Assembly: GCA_000934665.2 (NCBI GenBank) | Contig: KZ538981.1 | Coordinates: 1-38,139 of the forward strand | Length of the DNA stretch: 38,139 bases | Direction of reading: 5' to 3' | Origin: Catajapyx aquilonaris | Taxonomy: Eukaryota | Shown: positions 37,150 through 38,139 of the stretch, piece by piece | How positions within the stretch are numbered: position 1 is the stretch's first letter | Layout: each line of letters starts with the position of its first letter | The notes under the pieces: generated by a model | Database searches by the model: none | Told to the model about the DNA's origin: nothing | What the model saw: only the letters and a program-made list of their open reading frames with translations | Translations under genes and position numbers: made by a program

Positions 37150-37760
37150 AACCTAGTCTGGGCCAAATCGAGCCCGTCTGAACGAGCGTCCATGTCACTT
37201 CACCCAGTGATGTTCGTTTCCAGACTCATTCATATACTGAAACATGCAAACAAACAAACATTTTTGACTATAGATTTGCGTTGGAAGTTGATTGGTGACA
37301 ATGGTGAAGCTAAACATCGCATCGCTTTGATCTTCTTCAAGGGGTTCATCACTTCGGTATACTCCGGTGTACACCTGTAGTGGTATACTCCTTAGGTGTA
37401 CCTTATTACTCTTCGGTATACTCCTGCCGTACTCCTTAAATTTGGTATTCCAGCAGTGTACAGTCGAGTGGTTAACCCCTGGATCTGCTTCTGAAAAAAA
37501 TGAATATGCCATGTGAGTCTCCCCTGTCACCGGCCAGAAACTTCTTCAAATTCAGGGCTTGTTACTGCTAAACGAACCTTCTCATGGCCTGTAATAATCT
37601 AATGAGGACGGAACTCACTTTAGTTGTATGCCTTCTCATGCGGTCAGATCATCAACTTTGATGAAACTGTGTTGGTCGATTTGATTAATTTTCTTGGCAT
37701 TGTTGTCGTTCGCGGGGAAACAGGATCCGGTCTCGATCATCTTCACCCTACAGCAGTGCT
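37150..37760 (-). pseudogene. OTU-like relic
   Basis: RVKMIETGSCFP, then GETHMAYSFF, then LFVCMF...GNEHHWV. Confidence 0.35.
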
Positions 37761-38139
37761 GAGGTGCGATCATTCTCTGTAGACTGAGCGATTGCACTCT
37801 CCACACGTGCCAATTTCAATACTGGGTTGGGAGAAAGTGGTGGATGGGGAGACGTTTTATTTAACTACACCCAGCAACCCGATTTAAAGTGGAGCAACGA
37901 ACCTGATGGCCAAGCAACAATGGCCACCATCATTCACAGAGTGATTGTTGCATTTCTCGTGTGGACAACGACAGCACACTATACCTGTGTCGTGACTGGT
38001 TGTTCTGGACAAGAGGGAATAATAATAATAACAATAATAATACAACAACAACAACAACATCACGACATTTCCCTATGAGGGGTAGTCAGCGATGAAGGGA
38101 GACGCAAGCTAACCCAACATATGAACTAATAAAACTCAT

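Overview
Repeat-rich eukaryotic DNA, most likely invertebrate/insect: roughly 60% AT, long (ATT)n/(ATC)n microsatellites and one 34-nt assembly gap. I found no intact host gene, rRNA, true tRNA gene or CRISPR array. Recognisable mobile DNA includes an internally deleted DD41D (rosa/Visitor) Tc1/mariner element with ~190-bp TIRs, related and unrelated MITEs (several nested), a TTAA-terminated foldback element, a decayed MULE transposase, several LINE 3' remnants and a tRNA-derived SINE with a 15-bp TSD. Two less obvious patterns stand out. (1) From ~10.8 kb to ~37.8 kb the apparently unique DNA seems to be a dense array of a dozen or more frameshifted OTU-protease (partly vertnin-like) gene relics on both strands, including a triplicated unit. 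This call rests on motif-level similarity read by eye and needs profile searches. (2) The DNA is saturated with transposon excision scars: TACAGTA/TACTGTA, TAG(G)CCTA, ATAATTAT with a matching double hairpin, and a 17+17-nt P-element-type footprint.
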